A stretch of DNA of 64,000 nucleotides, taken from contig NC_135758.1 in assembly GCF_052425735.1 (NCBI RefSeq), forward strand, positions 47,926,001-47,990,000, read 5' to 3'. Source of the stretch: Oculina patagonica (Eukaryota). The translations under genes and the position numbers were made by a program. Shown here piece by piece: positions 1 through 11,027 of this stretch (position 1 is the first letter of the stretch; each line of letters begins with the position of its first letter). The notes beneath the pieces are model-generated. The model did no database searches and was not told where the DNA came from. It saw only the letters and a list, made by a program, of their open reading frames with translations.

Positions 1-39
1 AATTAGTAATTGCATTCAAATTTCTGTTTGGGTGAGGAC

Positions 40-1296
40 CATATGCATGCTTCATGCTTGACGTAGTGTCAATGGCAATCTATCAACTGCTCGTACCTTA
101 AGTTGCGGCGTGCCCCAGGGCAGCATATTAGGTCCATTGTTATTTTTAATTTACATTAACGATCTTCCAAACTCCCTGCAGAACGCTGTACCAAGGATGT
201 TTGCCGATGACACCAATCTTACGTTATCTGCTAAGACTTTAACTGAGCTTAAATTGGCTTTAGCCCCTGAATTAAATAGTCTTAGTTGTTGGCTGAAAGC
301 TAACAAGCTCAGCTTAAATATCGCCAAAACAGAGTTAATGAAAATTGGATCAAGGCAAAGACTATCTGTTCAATGTGACGACGTAGAAATCAGAATTGAT
401 GACCAAATTATCGAGAGAGTTGATTATACCAAATCTTTGGGTCTTACCATTGATGCTCATCTCTCTTGGTGTAAACACGTTGAAGAGATTTGCAAAAAAG
501 TGTCCTCGGCTATAGGCGCCCTTAAACGAGTGCGTCCCTTTATATCGAAAGGAACTGCAATTCAAATTTATAACGCTTTAATTATGCCACATTTCGATTA
601 TTGCAGCCCCGTTTGGGACTGTATGAGTGCTTATTTCAGGGTGTTCATTAGGCATAGGGGATCGGAGAATTCTCCGGCTAAATTTCAAACGCCTGTACCT
701 ATTTTTTTTATTAAGATGCAGAACCTTTAAAAATCATTCTCCGGTTACTTTACACTATTCTCCTGCTATTACAATTCTTAATGAAAATCCTGTTATTTAA
801 GTGACAAGCTCCAAAAATTACAGAACCGTGCAGCCAGAGTTATAACTAAATCACCTTTTGATATGAGTTCAAACCACCTCCTTTCCACACTCGACTGGGA
901 GAGGCTATTTTCTCGAAGAAAGAAACAGAAAGCCTTAATAATGTATAAAACCATGAATGGACTTACCCCAGATTACCTACAAAACCTTTTCTCTCAGCGT
1001 CACTCTGTTTATAACTTGAGAGACTCTGAGGGAAAGCTGACGCTACCCAAACCAAATACCAACTATTTAAAATGAAGCTTTTCTTACAGCGGCGCTATGC
1101 TCTGGAATAACATGCCCAAATGTCTTAAAAATGCCGCATCAGTTAATAATTTTAAGAAAATTATCAAGAAGGTAGCTGACGTATCGGATTCCCACATGGC
1201 AATCATGTAAAGCAGTTTTAGTTTCTTTAATACTTGAGCTTATTGTAACTGATGATTTTTCGTGTTTAAATAAAGTTTTACATTACATTTTTACAT
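40..1296 (+). mobile_element. 5'-truncated non-LTR retrotransposon (CR1/L2-group LINE), RT C-terminal part plus 3' tail, in a MIGA intron
   Basis: ORF 110..730 has PQGSILGPLLFLIYINDLP and MFADDT RT motifs. After removing the 637-792 insert the frame continues (DCMSAYLSDKLQKLQNRAAR...YNLRDS...LPKPNTNYLK). It ends in AATAAA and a TTACA-type tail near 1270-1296. The 5' boundary is approximate. Confidence 0.9.
637..792. mobile_element. 156-bp MITE with CAGG...CCTG ends and 6-bp TSD (hAT6-like) inserted in the LINE RT
   Basis: TIR cagggtgttcatta / taatgaaaatcctg (2 mismatches). TTATTT direct repeat at 631-636 and 793-798. Removing it restores the LINE reading frame. Confidence 0.85.
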
Positions 1297-1658
1297 CATG
1301 TCATGTAGTCAAATTTTGGGTTTTTTGTTAGTTTTACCTCTTGCTTGTTGTTGCCAACTGTCTGACCTACCGACCAACTGACGGACCGGTCGACTGGTCG
1401 ACCAACCAGTCTACCGACCAACCGACCGACCAAAGCATCTTTATTGTGAGAAATTGCATGTCATTTGACATTATACTCATTTGTAGAGGGACGTTATCCC
1501 TCCACCCTTCAGTAGTTTCTAAGCTAATAATCATGGGGCAACAAATTTAAGTATTTGACAGGGCAATTGTTGTGATCTGCGCATGTAATGAAGTGTAGCA
1601 GAAATTAACTTTCAGGTACTATACTGTATATAGTGTAATGTTGTATTGTTGTCAACAG

Positions 1659-2918
1659 GCCCTTACCACAGCTATCTGGGGCGTTCTAAAGGCCAAAGCT
1701 TCTTATCTTCAGGTTAGAACATGAATAAAAGTTTAAACTATAACAGCATCAATTGCAACAACTGTTTTTTCCCTTTGAGTACTTTGATTACAGTTACAGT
1801 GTAGATCCGTGTGTTTGAATTCCGTGTTGTGTACCCTAATAGTCCATTTTACAGTTGTCTACCAAGTGACCAGGCCTTTGAATGGTAGCGAGGCTGGAGG
1901 TGACCTTGCATTGATACAAACCTCTTTGCTTTATTATTTAAATGTAACCTAGTTAGCATCAAAACAACGTGATTTACACAACAAAAGCAGTGAGGTCTGT
2001 ATCAAAACAAGGTCACCTTCAGCCTCACTTTCAGTCAATGGCCAGGTCACTGAGCAGACAACTGTAAAATGGTCTATTCTTTTGATTATATTGAGATTAC
2101 GTAGAGCTTCAACTAGGTCAGGAGAGGTCTTTGTCTAGCATTTCTTTTAGCTGAACTATCAGATGGTGGCTATTTGTTAGACTCCATGTGCATGTACATG
2201 TATTAAATGATCCCAAATTTTTATTTGTCTTCCATACAGGATCCGTATGGTTTCATGGCACATTTCTATGTAGTGGCACAGTATGTGTCGCCAGTTCTTG
2301 CCTGGGGTTTCTTAGGATCAGACGAAAAACTGAAAGAAGTGTGTGAATTTTTCAAGGTAAAGTACATAATATTGTAACTTGACATTATTTACCGTTGCTG
2401 ATTATGTGCCTCGTGTAGCATGCAGGCGACAGGGAAACTTATCTTTCCATTTTTTCCTTTCTCTTGTAATTTATAAGAAAAGGGTTTACATTAAAGATTA
2501 CGTTCATTGAAGATTACGTGCTACAGTTCACATCCTTATAAGAGAAAGAAAAAAAATGGAAAGATAAGTTTCCCTACCGTCTGCATGTAACACAAGGAAC
2601 ATGCATGTTATCGTTGGAAAAGCTATCTCATCTTTGTTTTACATGCACTCCTTACCAAGTGATTTTTCCCCTTCTCTTCAGAATCACATTCTTGGTTACA
2701 TCCGGGACATATTTGATTTCAACACGTCAGATTATACATCAATTGGAAGCTTGTGTGAGTCAATCGTCAGACTAGCTAAACAACGAAGCGAACTGTTGCT
2801 AAGAAGCGATGTTGGTGAAACAAAGATGGCACAAGCAGCAGCTTCTTTTGACGAAACGCTGAATTTGACAAGCCAAGAACTACAAGAAGTTGGAAAGTCC
2901 TCAACAGAGACGCCGTGA
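1659..2918 (+). CDS. MIGA: Mitoguardin (MIGA/FAM73) - last three coding exons; 5' part lies upstream of the window
   Basis: Exons 1659-1712, 2240-2356 and 2682-2918 with ag/gt boundaries in phase 0 translate to ALTTAIWGVLKAKASYLQ-DPYGFMAHFYVVAQYVSPVLAWGFLGSDEKLKEVCEFFK-NHILGYIRDIFDFNTSDYTSIGSLCESIVRLAKQRSELLL. This matches the recalled mitoguardin C-terminus (W.VLKAK...GF..HFY.V...VSPVLA.GFLG). Confidence 0.92.
1838..2078. mobile_element. Palindromic MITE in MIGA intron
   Basis: aatagtccattttacagttgtct... and ...agacaactgtaaaatggtctatt form long imperfect inverted arms. Confidence 0.8.
2408..2598. mobile_element. Palindromic MITE-like element in MIGA intron
   Basis: catgcaggcgacagggaaacttatctttccatttttt and aaaaaatggaaagataagtttccctaccgtctgcatg are inverted arms. 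Confidence 0.7.
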
Positions 2919-3899
2919 ATTTTGAAATTTTTATTGTATATAAGAACAGTGGACATTTGGCCCTAATTTACAGTTAACATGTACATAATATTATTTGTAA
3001 CAAAACATAGAGCCGAATTTGGGACTTAGAAGAATGCACTAGCTTTAAGCACTCTTAAAAAGAATTTGGAATCATTTCCACACAAGAGTACTGTATTATG
3101 TATTTTGGTTTTCCATTTTTAATCAAATCGTGAGTTTTATTTAAAGTCGTTTACAAAATGAACTTCTTTTCGGGAAAAGCCCAGTTAGGAAATTTTATCG
3201 TTTGTTACTGGAGGACCTATTTTTAGGCGAGGACGTTAGTCTCGAGACTTATGTTATGAAGCGATAAATTGGTTGGGTTTACAACGGGCGATGTGATGAT
3301 TCGAACCGAGGGGGATTGGTAACTAAGAATATGGCTTGAGATTGTTTTCCTCCGCCATCTTGGTTATTCGAGACTTTTTCGCAGCCAGAAGCCTTGACTC
3401 GAAGTAAGATTTATAGTAGCTGATATTTTTTTGCGCTCACTTACAAACATATTGAGATATCATAGTACACAAAAACCTTATCGACACACCGAACTAAATT
3501 GTGGTTTACGAGCTGGGAGTCAGCTGGCGAGTGCTGTTTCGGCAGACCTTTGCCTTTCAAGACTAAAGTTGAACTGGATATAAAGCATTGAAAGCAATAT
3601 AAACACGGCTAATTAAACATCAGGATTGATATATTTGTGATCTGAACTACTGGCGACATTGTAACCTGAGCTTTAACTGAAGAGGAGAAGTGCAGAAGAA
3701 TATATTACCACAACTGCTGAGGTGAGCTATCAAAAATTTATATCAGTTTGCTTGTACATGTACTTTATTGAATAACATAATGGACAAAGTATTTATGGAA
3801 TCGAAATAACGATTTTAAAAGGCTAAATATCTGCTAGATGTTGTTATATTTAATTTGCTGGAATTTATAGATTACTAAGCATTGAAAGAGCTTCATTCG

Positions 3900-4175
3900 C
3901 GATCCCTTCTGTCAACAGAACGTTTTCGTATACTACTAGGTCAGATTTCAACATTGATTTTAATAATGGTGTGCAAAGCATCAAAGCAGCAGTAAATATA
4001 AACAAGTGATTGTAAAATATGGATACAAACAAACTTATTTCAGGCTTTACCACCGATAAAAGAACTACAATTGATCACATTTATACAAATCTAAATAAAT
4101 ACTGATAAATCAAGAGTCCAAACTGGTGTTCTCAAGACACACTAAAGTGACCCTAAAGCTGGGTGGTTTAATAGC
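3900..4175 (+). pseudogene. Decayed apurinic-type endonuclease fragment resembling the C-terminus of Helentron/Helitron proteins
   Basis: Frameshifted, stop-containing translation GYKQ/LISGFTTDKRTTIDHIYTNL...TGVLKTH*SDPKA resembles the EEP-family motifs T.IDHIYTN and SDH. Confidence 0.5.
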
Positions 4176-5302
4176 AACCAAAAAAGAGTATAATAACTAG
4201 TAAATGATTTAAGAAGCATAGTGTACATGTAGAAAGATGTGTTTCAGAAAAAAGAAAATTTTAAGTAACAACTTATGTTGCAATAAATTGTTGCAATGTT
4301 GCAATCAATTTTAACAATTGATTCTTTCTTTTATTATGTTTACAGAACAGAATTAAAAAACAACAGAAAACATCCAAAATACAGTTTTCAAAGAATCCAC
4401 TGACAGCTGTGTTTTGTCCTAATTGCTTCAATATGTTTAATCTGCACTTTGTCCGGCAAGAAGCAGCATGAATGTGCGAATGTGGCTATTGCATTGGAAC
4501 TGCTTTGACTGGAACTGGTTATTGGCCTCTATTCTGCCTCTATGCAATATATAGAAAGCCCAATCCTCACTATGAATGGCAGATATATTTAAACAAAACA
4601 CAGCGAAAACCATGTAGCAATAACACCTAAGTTAAAAAAATAAACTGTGTAAAACATCTCTGGATTTGCTACTGAACTGAGATCCTCAATTCAAATTCAT
4701 TACTGGCAAACCACTGTATCAACTCTACTTCCTAGACTCCACATGTACTGTACCAAGATGTTGGACTTATTGGACTAACTTGCATCACAAATTGTACAGA
4801 AAGTGCAAACAACTTTCAGCCCCATTTAAATTAAACAAGAGTAAATCAAGCTGCTATATCAACTTTACTTCCTGGAAACTTGCACTACAACATTACAGAT
4901 TGTACAGTCAGTGCAGACAACTTTAAGCCACATTTAAACAAGAGGCAATCTAGATACATTATTTCAAGACATTTTATTCTTGCCAAAGTTGTGGAAGTTT
5001 CTTCGCTGTCTAGTAAAGTTACAAAATATGTTGCCTTCCATTGTGAAAAGTCGTGATAAAAGACATCTTATTAGAGTTGTACGAATTAAATCGTGCCAAT
5101 TTTGTGATCAAAGCAGCTTACAATTTGCCTTTTATTAATTACAGTAACATTGGTTAGAAACTAACCTTTCCTTGGAATGCACAACTAAAAACACCACCGG
5201 AAACAAAGTACTGTATTTTAAAATTTTATTTACCTGACAAACCCATTCCCCCCCCCCCCCCCCTTTTATAGCAAATGTCTTAGTGTCTCAACTTTCGACT
5301 TA

Positions 5303-6339
5303 CAGTGAGGAGCCCAAAAGGGTGACCACTTTTAAGGTCGCGGGGGATACCTACAGCATGAATAAATTCATGAAGCGAAATTTTGCTTGACCTGCATCTT
5401 TTAAAACGCTTATTTCTCGGCCGTTATGGGTGCGATCAAGCTCAAATTTTACAGAGACATAAAGAAATGATAAAAGATTGTGTATGTCATCTTTTATTTG
5501 GTAGATTGTACTAAACGGCGATGTAATAGCCACGTAAGTGCCAAATTGGGAAGAACATGATTTTGTGGCAGAGTTTGCGGAACGAGTAGGAGACAGCACA
5601 CTGTGATCTCGTCAAAAACTAATCAGTCAATATCTCTAGAGTGTCATAACAGAAGCGGATTTTTTAATTTAAAATTTGCCAGCAAGTTATGGCGGTTTAA
5701 ATGCGCAAATTTTAATTTAATGCCTTCTGCCTCTTTCTAAAAGCGCTCTTTTAAAATTCCGCCTCTGTTATGACACACTACAATATCCATAGTTTACCTA
5801 TCTGCAGTGGCAAGACATGAAGGTCTGTATCCGCGCTGTATTCTCTGCCACAAAATTGTCGGAAAAGTCCAAACTTTGAGATTTCCGAAGGTGTCCCGAC
5901 CAAAACACGATCAGTTTCCAAAGGAGAGATGTAATTATGGTAATTTTATTCCACGCTTTTATTGTGAGAACAATGCGTTTTTATGAAGGACACGATTGTT
6001 TATGCCGAATATATATTCAAATTTGAATAAAAATTAGCTCATAGACTTCCTGCAATCTATATAAACTTATAACGCCAAGTGTTGTTTTAAATTGGTCAAT
6101 TATCAAAGAAACAGGATTTTTTTTTTTAAATCACGCGCACGCACCCATATTTTTATCCAGTCTATGAATATCTCGTAAAGTTGTCGACGTCAGTCGTTGC
6201 ACTTCGTGCATACGCTTTAAATAAATGCATAATGATGAGCCTAAGGTGTCCCCCGCGACCTTAATGTACTAACAATTTTTGCCTTGCACGAAAGAATGTG
6301 AATTAATTAAAAGTGGTCACACATTTGGGCTCCTTGCTG
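5303..6339. mobile_element. Tc1/mariner-type MITE (TA TSD) split by a nested insertion
   Basis: ta|cagtgaggagcccaaaagggtgaccactttt ... aaaagtggtcacacatttgggctccttgctg|ta. Confidence 0.75.
5336..6260. mobile_element. Non-autonomous TTAA-targeting DNA transposon (Kolobok-like, GG...CC ends)
   Basis: ttaa|ggtcgcgggggatacct ... aggtgtcccccgcgacc|ttaa; 925 bp with no long ORF. Confidence 0.8.
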
Positions 6340-7439
6340 TAAATCACACATCTTTTGGACTCGCATTTTCACTCAATAGACATTTTTGGCTTTGTCAGTG
6401 TAAATAGCCCATTTCAAAATCACATGATGCTGAATACCAAGAGAATTTTTCTGAATTTGAAAGTAGTGATTCTCAAGAGTGATGTCACAGTCTGAAATAG
6501 GACAACAAAAAAACGAAGCCCGAAAGGTCTCTTCTCAGTTCTTTGTCTGGAATTTTTAACATACTGTCTTGCTTTACTGGAACGTCCTCGCCTTAGTATG
6601 CATTGCATACCGGTTATTATATAGGTAAGAAATATATTAGACATTATTGGACTCCTATTTTTTGTTTTATTTTAAAGCTCCGTAACGGAGCTTGGAAGCA
6701 AATAAAAAAGGACATTACATGTATTTTGACTTCATATTGTGGAAGGCCCACCATACCGAAACAACCTTAGAAAACTTAACGACTGTTTTACGTAAATCTT
6801 AAGGAAAATACTCAACCAATACAAATGTGTGCGTGTTTCCCCACTACTCGAAACGTGTTAGGTAACGCTGCAAAATGATCTTCACAACAATAAGTGGTAA
6901 CTTCCATTCATCGTGGTGCTTGTCTTGTACAACTTGTTCTCCACTCCGGAAAGTTTTTTTATGGATGTGGCTCTTCTTGGAAATGCTTTGGCAAAAGAGA
7001 AAAATAGTACACGTGTTACCCTGCGGCAATTAAACCATGCGGAAAGCAGAAACAATGTACACGGAAGCAGATTGCCATGGGTACTTGTAAGTACCATTGT
7101 TTTGACCGTCCTTTAGTTCAGCTCACAAAGCGAATTTTAACCCTCAAAGCAAGCTCCTGAATTTTTTTTTTCAAAATGCCAGTTACTGATGACTTTATTT
7201 ATTGAAACTAATAAACAAATTAACAAACTAATAATAAAATTGAACAAATTTTCCCCGTGTATTTACGCGGTCCGGCTGCGTGGGGGGGGGGGGGGGTATC
7301 TGGAATGTCGTTTTTTTGCATGGATCAAGTACCAATGCTAAATACACATATTTGCTCCTGGTAAACTATTGGTACTAGCAAAAGACAACAAAATTGGTTG
7401 CGATTTTGTCTTGAATATATTTTTTTAATTACTTTTTAC

Positions 7440-9930
7440 CTTGCATTTTTGTTGTTGTTTGTTTGCCCGAGCATCTTGTTCGCAGAACAACTTGCTGTCA
7501 ATGACGCAATACTTGTCACCAGTCTTCAAGAGCCGCTTGCAAGTGGTACAAACGAAGCAGTTCTCGTGGTACACATTTCTACCAGCTCGTAGAACCATAT
7601 CTCTGGCAGGAATCTGTTTAGCGCAAGCTGTACACACTCTGGAAGCTCCGTATAAGCTGCAAAAGTACAATATCAGCATTTATACAGCCTAACTGGAACA
7701 AGCTTTTCAGATCACGACTGAGCTAATTAGAGGATTTATCAGAGACGATTAGGGCTTCGAAACAAGAAGTAAGTCCAGTTTCTGTGTCCTAACATTTCCT
7801 AACAGTGCCCACACCAAACCGTTCCCAGTTAGCAATCATGCATACATCCAGCTGAGTTGTTGTAGTCCCACATTTCCAACTTGGAAATTAAAATAAGATT
7901 ATTCGGTGTGGGTCGGTTGAAATAGAGTATTCCTAGGGGGGTTCACAAGAATGTCGCCTTTTTAGACAATGAAAAAAATTCCTCCTCTGAATATTTGTCC
8001 CCCCAGCCTCTTTTGAGTGCAAATACAGCAAATATTTGGAATCTGGAGGTCAGTCGCTCAGATAATCACCCCGCCACTAGCTGGATTTGTTCTCGGTAGT
8101 CCTGAGTCCAACTTCTCGGTCACACAAGCTAACAAGTCAGCTCTATACCAGTCGGGATTCTCGACTGCATGTTTCTGTTCTATTTGCAATATTTGTTTAT
8201 TTAACGTTGTCACCTGGGACACTGTGATTATTGTAAAAGGGCACAACATTTATACTAACAAAGCTGATTAGGGGGACTAATGGTGACAAATTGAGCTTGG
8301 TGGAGTGATCAGGTGATAGCCTCCCTCTGCTCTTATAAGGGTGAAATCCGGAAAGCTGGGGGTTGAGGGGTGGAAGGTAAAGAAGGCAGGCATGTTCATT
8401 TGTCCTCATAGCGGTGCCTGGATACAGTGACGAAATGCTGCCAATCAACCTGTTGCTTAGGATGAAATCTTTAAACAATGTTAAAGGATCCGTAATAGAA
8501 AAAAGGAAAAAAGTTGTTTACATTTCATCCCGGAGCAGTATTCGTTTTTTAATGTCACTCGGAAGTAACCCTTTTCAAAGATAACGTTTCGGCAGATAAC
8601 AGAAAATGCTCAACAAATACTGGAAATTGCACATCAGCATGTTAAAAATCCATAGGTTGGAAGGTAACCAGTTGGCTATTTACAAAGCACTATCGAGTAG
8701 TTCATCCCTCGACTACGACGAACAAATCCATTAAAACTTTATTCATGCGGTGTCTTGTAACTTAAGCTCTGGAGGGTGCTAATTGGGGACACAAATGAAA
8801 TGAAAGAAAAAGAAATAAATCCTAAATAGTATTCATTAAAACTAAAGATGTAACATGGTAAGGTAAGGTAAAGTCTGTCTCCGAGCCATGAGGCCCATAC
8901 AGCCGGAGCTTATCCCGGTTTCCGTAGCATTAAGCGACTAGGAGTATTGCTACTCCCCCCTGGATGGGATGCTAGTCCATCGCAGGGTTACCCCCCCCCC
9001 CCCCCCAGCAGTAAATTCGCCGGTACCCATTTATACACCTGGGTGGAGAGAGGCACTGTGAGAGTAAAGTGTCTTGCCCAAGAACACAACGCAGCGCCCC
9101 GGCCAGGCCTCGAACCCGGGCCGTTTGACTCGGAGTCGAGCGCGCTAACCATTAGGCCACCGCGCCTCCCTAAAGATGTAACATATTTGCCTAAAAAGTA
9201 AAAAGAAAAACTACGATTTACATCCAGAGCTCTAGTAGTAGGATGAAAGACCTGCACCTGAGTTAACCAGGGACCTCCATTGTTTAAAATCCAGCTTCCT
9301 AAACCACCCGCGCTTGTTATGTTGTATAAAAATAAAATCTACAGTCTACGCGCCGCAGACCTATACATTAGCAGCAAAAATTGTTTAATAACAATGTTTG
9401 ATTAATTAGTTCCTGTAACAAAGCCACAAGCTACTGAAAACCAAGTTTGACTTCATGCTAAAACTACGTCTTTACAAAGGTTTTGCAGCCAGTAGTCAAA
9501 AATACCTCGCTTCCAAGTATGCTATTATTATCATGTGAAGAGACGTACAATTGTAGCAATTCTTCATTGAATTAATCCATTGCTGTTTTTCTTTTAAAAA
9601 ATCATAATATAACCTTCTTGGTTTTCCGAAATGTACAACAGCTCGGTAAATCGCAACACCTACTGAAAGTTGCCTTTGCCATTTCTCGTAACTGAACTGA
9701 CTATCAAAACGACTAAAATATTTTTACCTCGTGTAATCATCTCTGCACAATATGGACGTGCCTTTAACAAAACACGACTTTCCCACTTTATCAAGAACCA
9801 TTCCACACTGAGAACACTTCAAGCAGGTCGTGTGCCAGTACTTATCTACCGCAAAAAGCAGATACCGTTCCTTGATTTCTCTTTTACACCCTGCACAACT
9901 TTCGGTAGTACTTAGCTTCGAAGCGCTCAT
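7440..9930 (-). CDS. LMO4: LIM-domain-only protein, LMO4-like (two tandem LIM domains)
   Basis: Exon 9930-9728 (CAGC..I.ERYLL.A.DKYWH..CLKCS.C...L...G.SCF.K...ILCRDDY) splices in phase 2 to exon 7656-7440 (LYG....CTAC...IPA.DMV.RA..NVYH..CF.C.TC...L..GD.Y..I...LFCEQD). No homeodomain follows. A short last exon probably lies near 6850-7020 (acceptor ambiguous). Confidence 0.85.
8857..9170 (-). mobile_element. tRNA-derived SINE with target-site duplication, in LMO4-like intron
   Basis: Minus strand starts GGGAGGCGCGGTGGCCTAATGGTTAGCGCG (A box) ... GGTTCGAGGCC (B box) and ends in (TTACC)n. It is flanked by a perfect TAAAGATGTAACAT repeat at 8843-8856 and 9171-9184. Confidence 0.92.
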
Positions 9931-11027
9931 CCTTTCATTTGGTGGTGTATCAAGAAATATTACCGTTCAGGGAAAAACACTCAAGAGTCTAAATTTGTAT
10001 GAATCTATTTATATACCGAATGAGACATTACAAGCCCGTGGCACAGACTCAACAAACGACCACACCGACGAAAACAAAATTTGACTATAAACAAACAAAT
10101 AAGGTATTTTTCTAGGATGACTGATATGCTGAAGTGGTGAATTATCTTTCTCCATTTTTAATTTTTGTTACACAATGGCACAATGGCACAAGAATCAGGC
10201 ATGTCATACTGTTATCGTTTTCTTCACGATCGTATTGCGGCGAGAGTTAAAATACAAATTTTTTAAAAGATGAATCGGAAAAAAGAGTCAAAATAAATAC
10301 GTCCTAGAGTGTCTTCAACTGTCTCATCGGAAACGTATTGTAACCAGATAGAGTCGTCTGTCTCTTTCGTATAGAGCAAAAGGTCAAAGGTTGAACGCAG
10401 TGTGTGCAACTTCTCTGATCGCTTCCCTGAGGACACGAAAAAGTACCCAATCTCGTTCCCAGAGTCCACGTTGCGAGGACACCATTAATGGTCTTTCAAT
10501 TACTTTTAGAAGAAGCGCAAACTTAATGCGTGCAACTTCACCGATCGTTTATCGATGAATCCCTTAGGACACCATCAATTTTCTTTCGATAACTTTTAGA
10601 AGAAGCGCAAGCCCAATAAATGAACCATTTGTATGTACGTGCCAGTATACAGTGTACCTATGTGCCGGCGGCAGACATATGGCGCAGTATTGGTTATTAG
10701 CCAAAACAGTTCAGTTGAAATTAGAGCAAGATATGACTACTTCAGACACCAATTTTTTATTTTTATTTTCCCTTACCTTATTTGTCTGGCAGTTGACAGC
10801 TCACATTGTAGAGACTGATTACAATGTATAGTTAATTTTTCTAGAGAGTATTCATAATGTATCACTTCTTTCTATGGTGTTTTATGCGTGCCCACACTAT
10901 TTTAATGTGTAATACAAAACAATTTTAATTACAAAGATATGAACGTAACGTGTTTACTTTCACAGCTCCCACACGTAAGTTGCACCGTTTTTAAACAAAG
11001 AAGTGCAATTGACCAAAAGAAAAATAT

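Noticed and set aside
6844-7116. Homeodomain exon that would make the LIM gene an Lhx gene
   Set aside because: No homeodomain motif (WFQN) was seen; only short candidate terminal exons are present.
9095-9170. tRNA gene
   Set aside because: It is the tRNA-like head of a TSD-flanked SINE.
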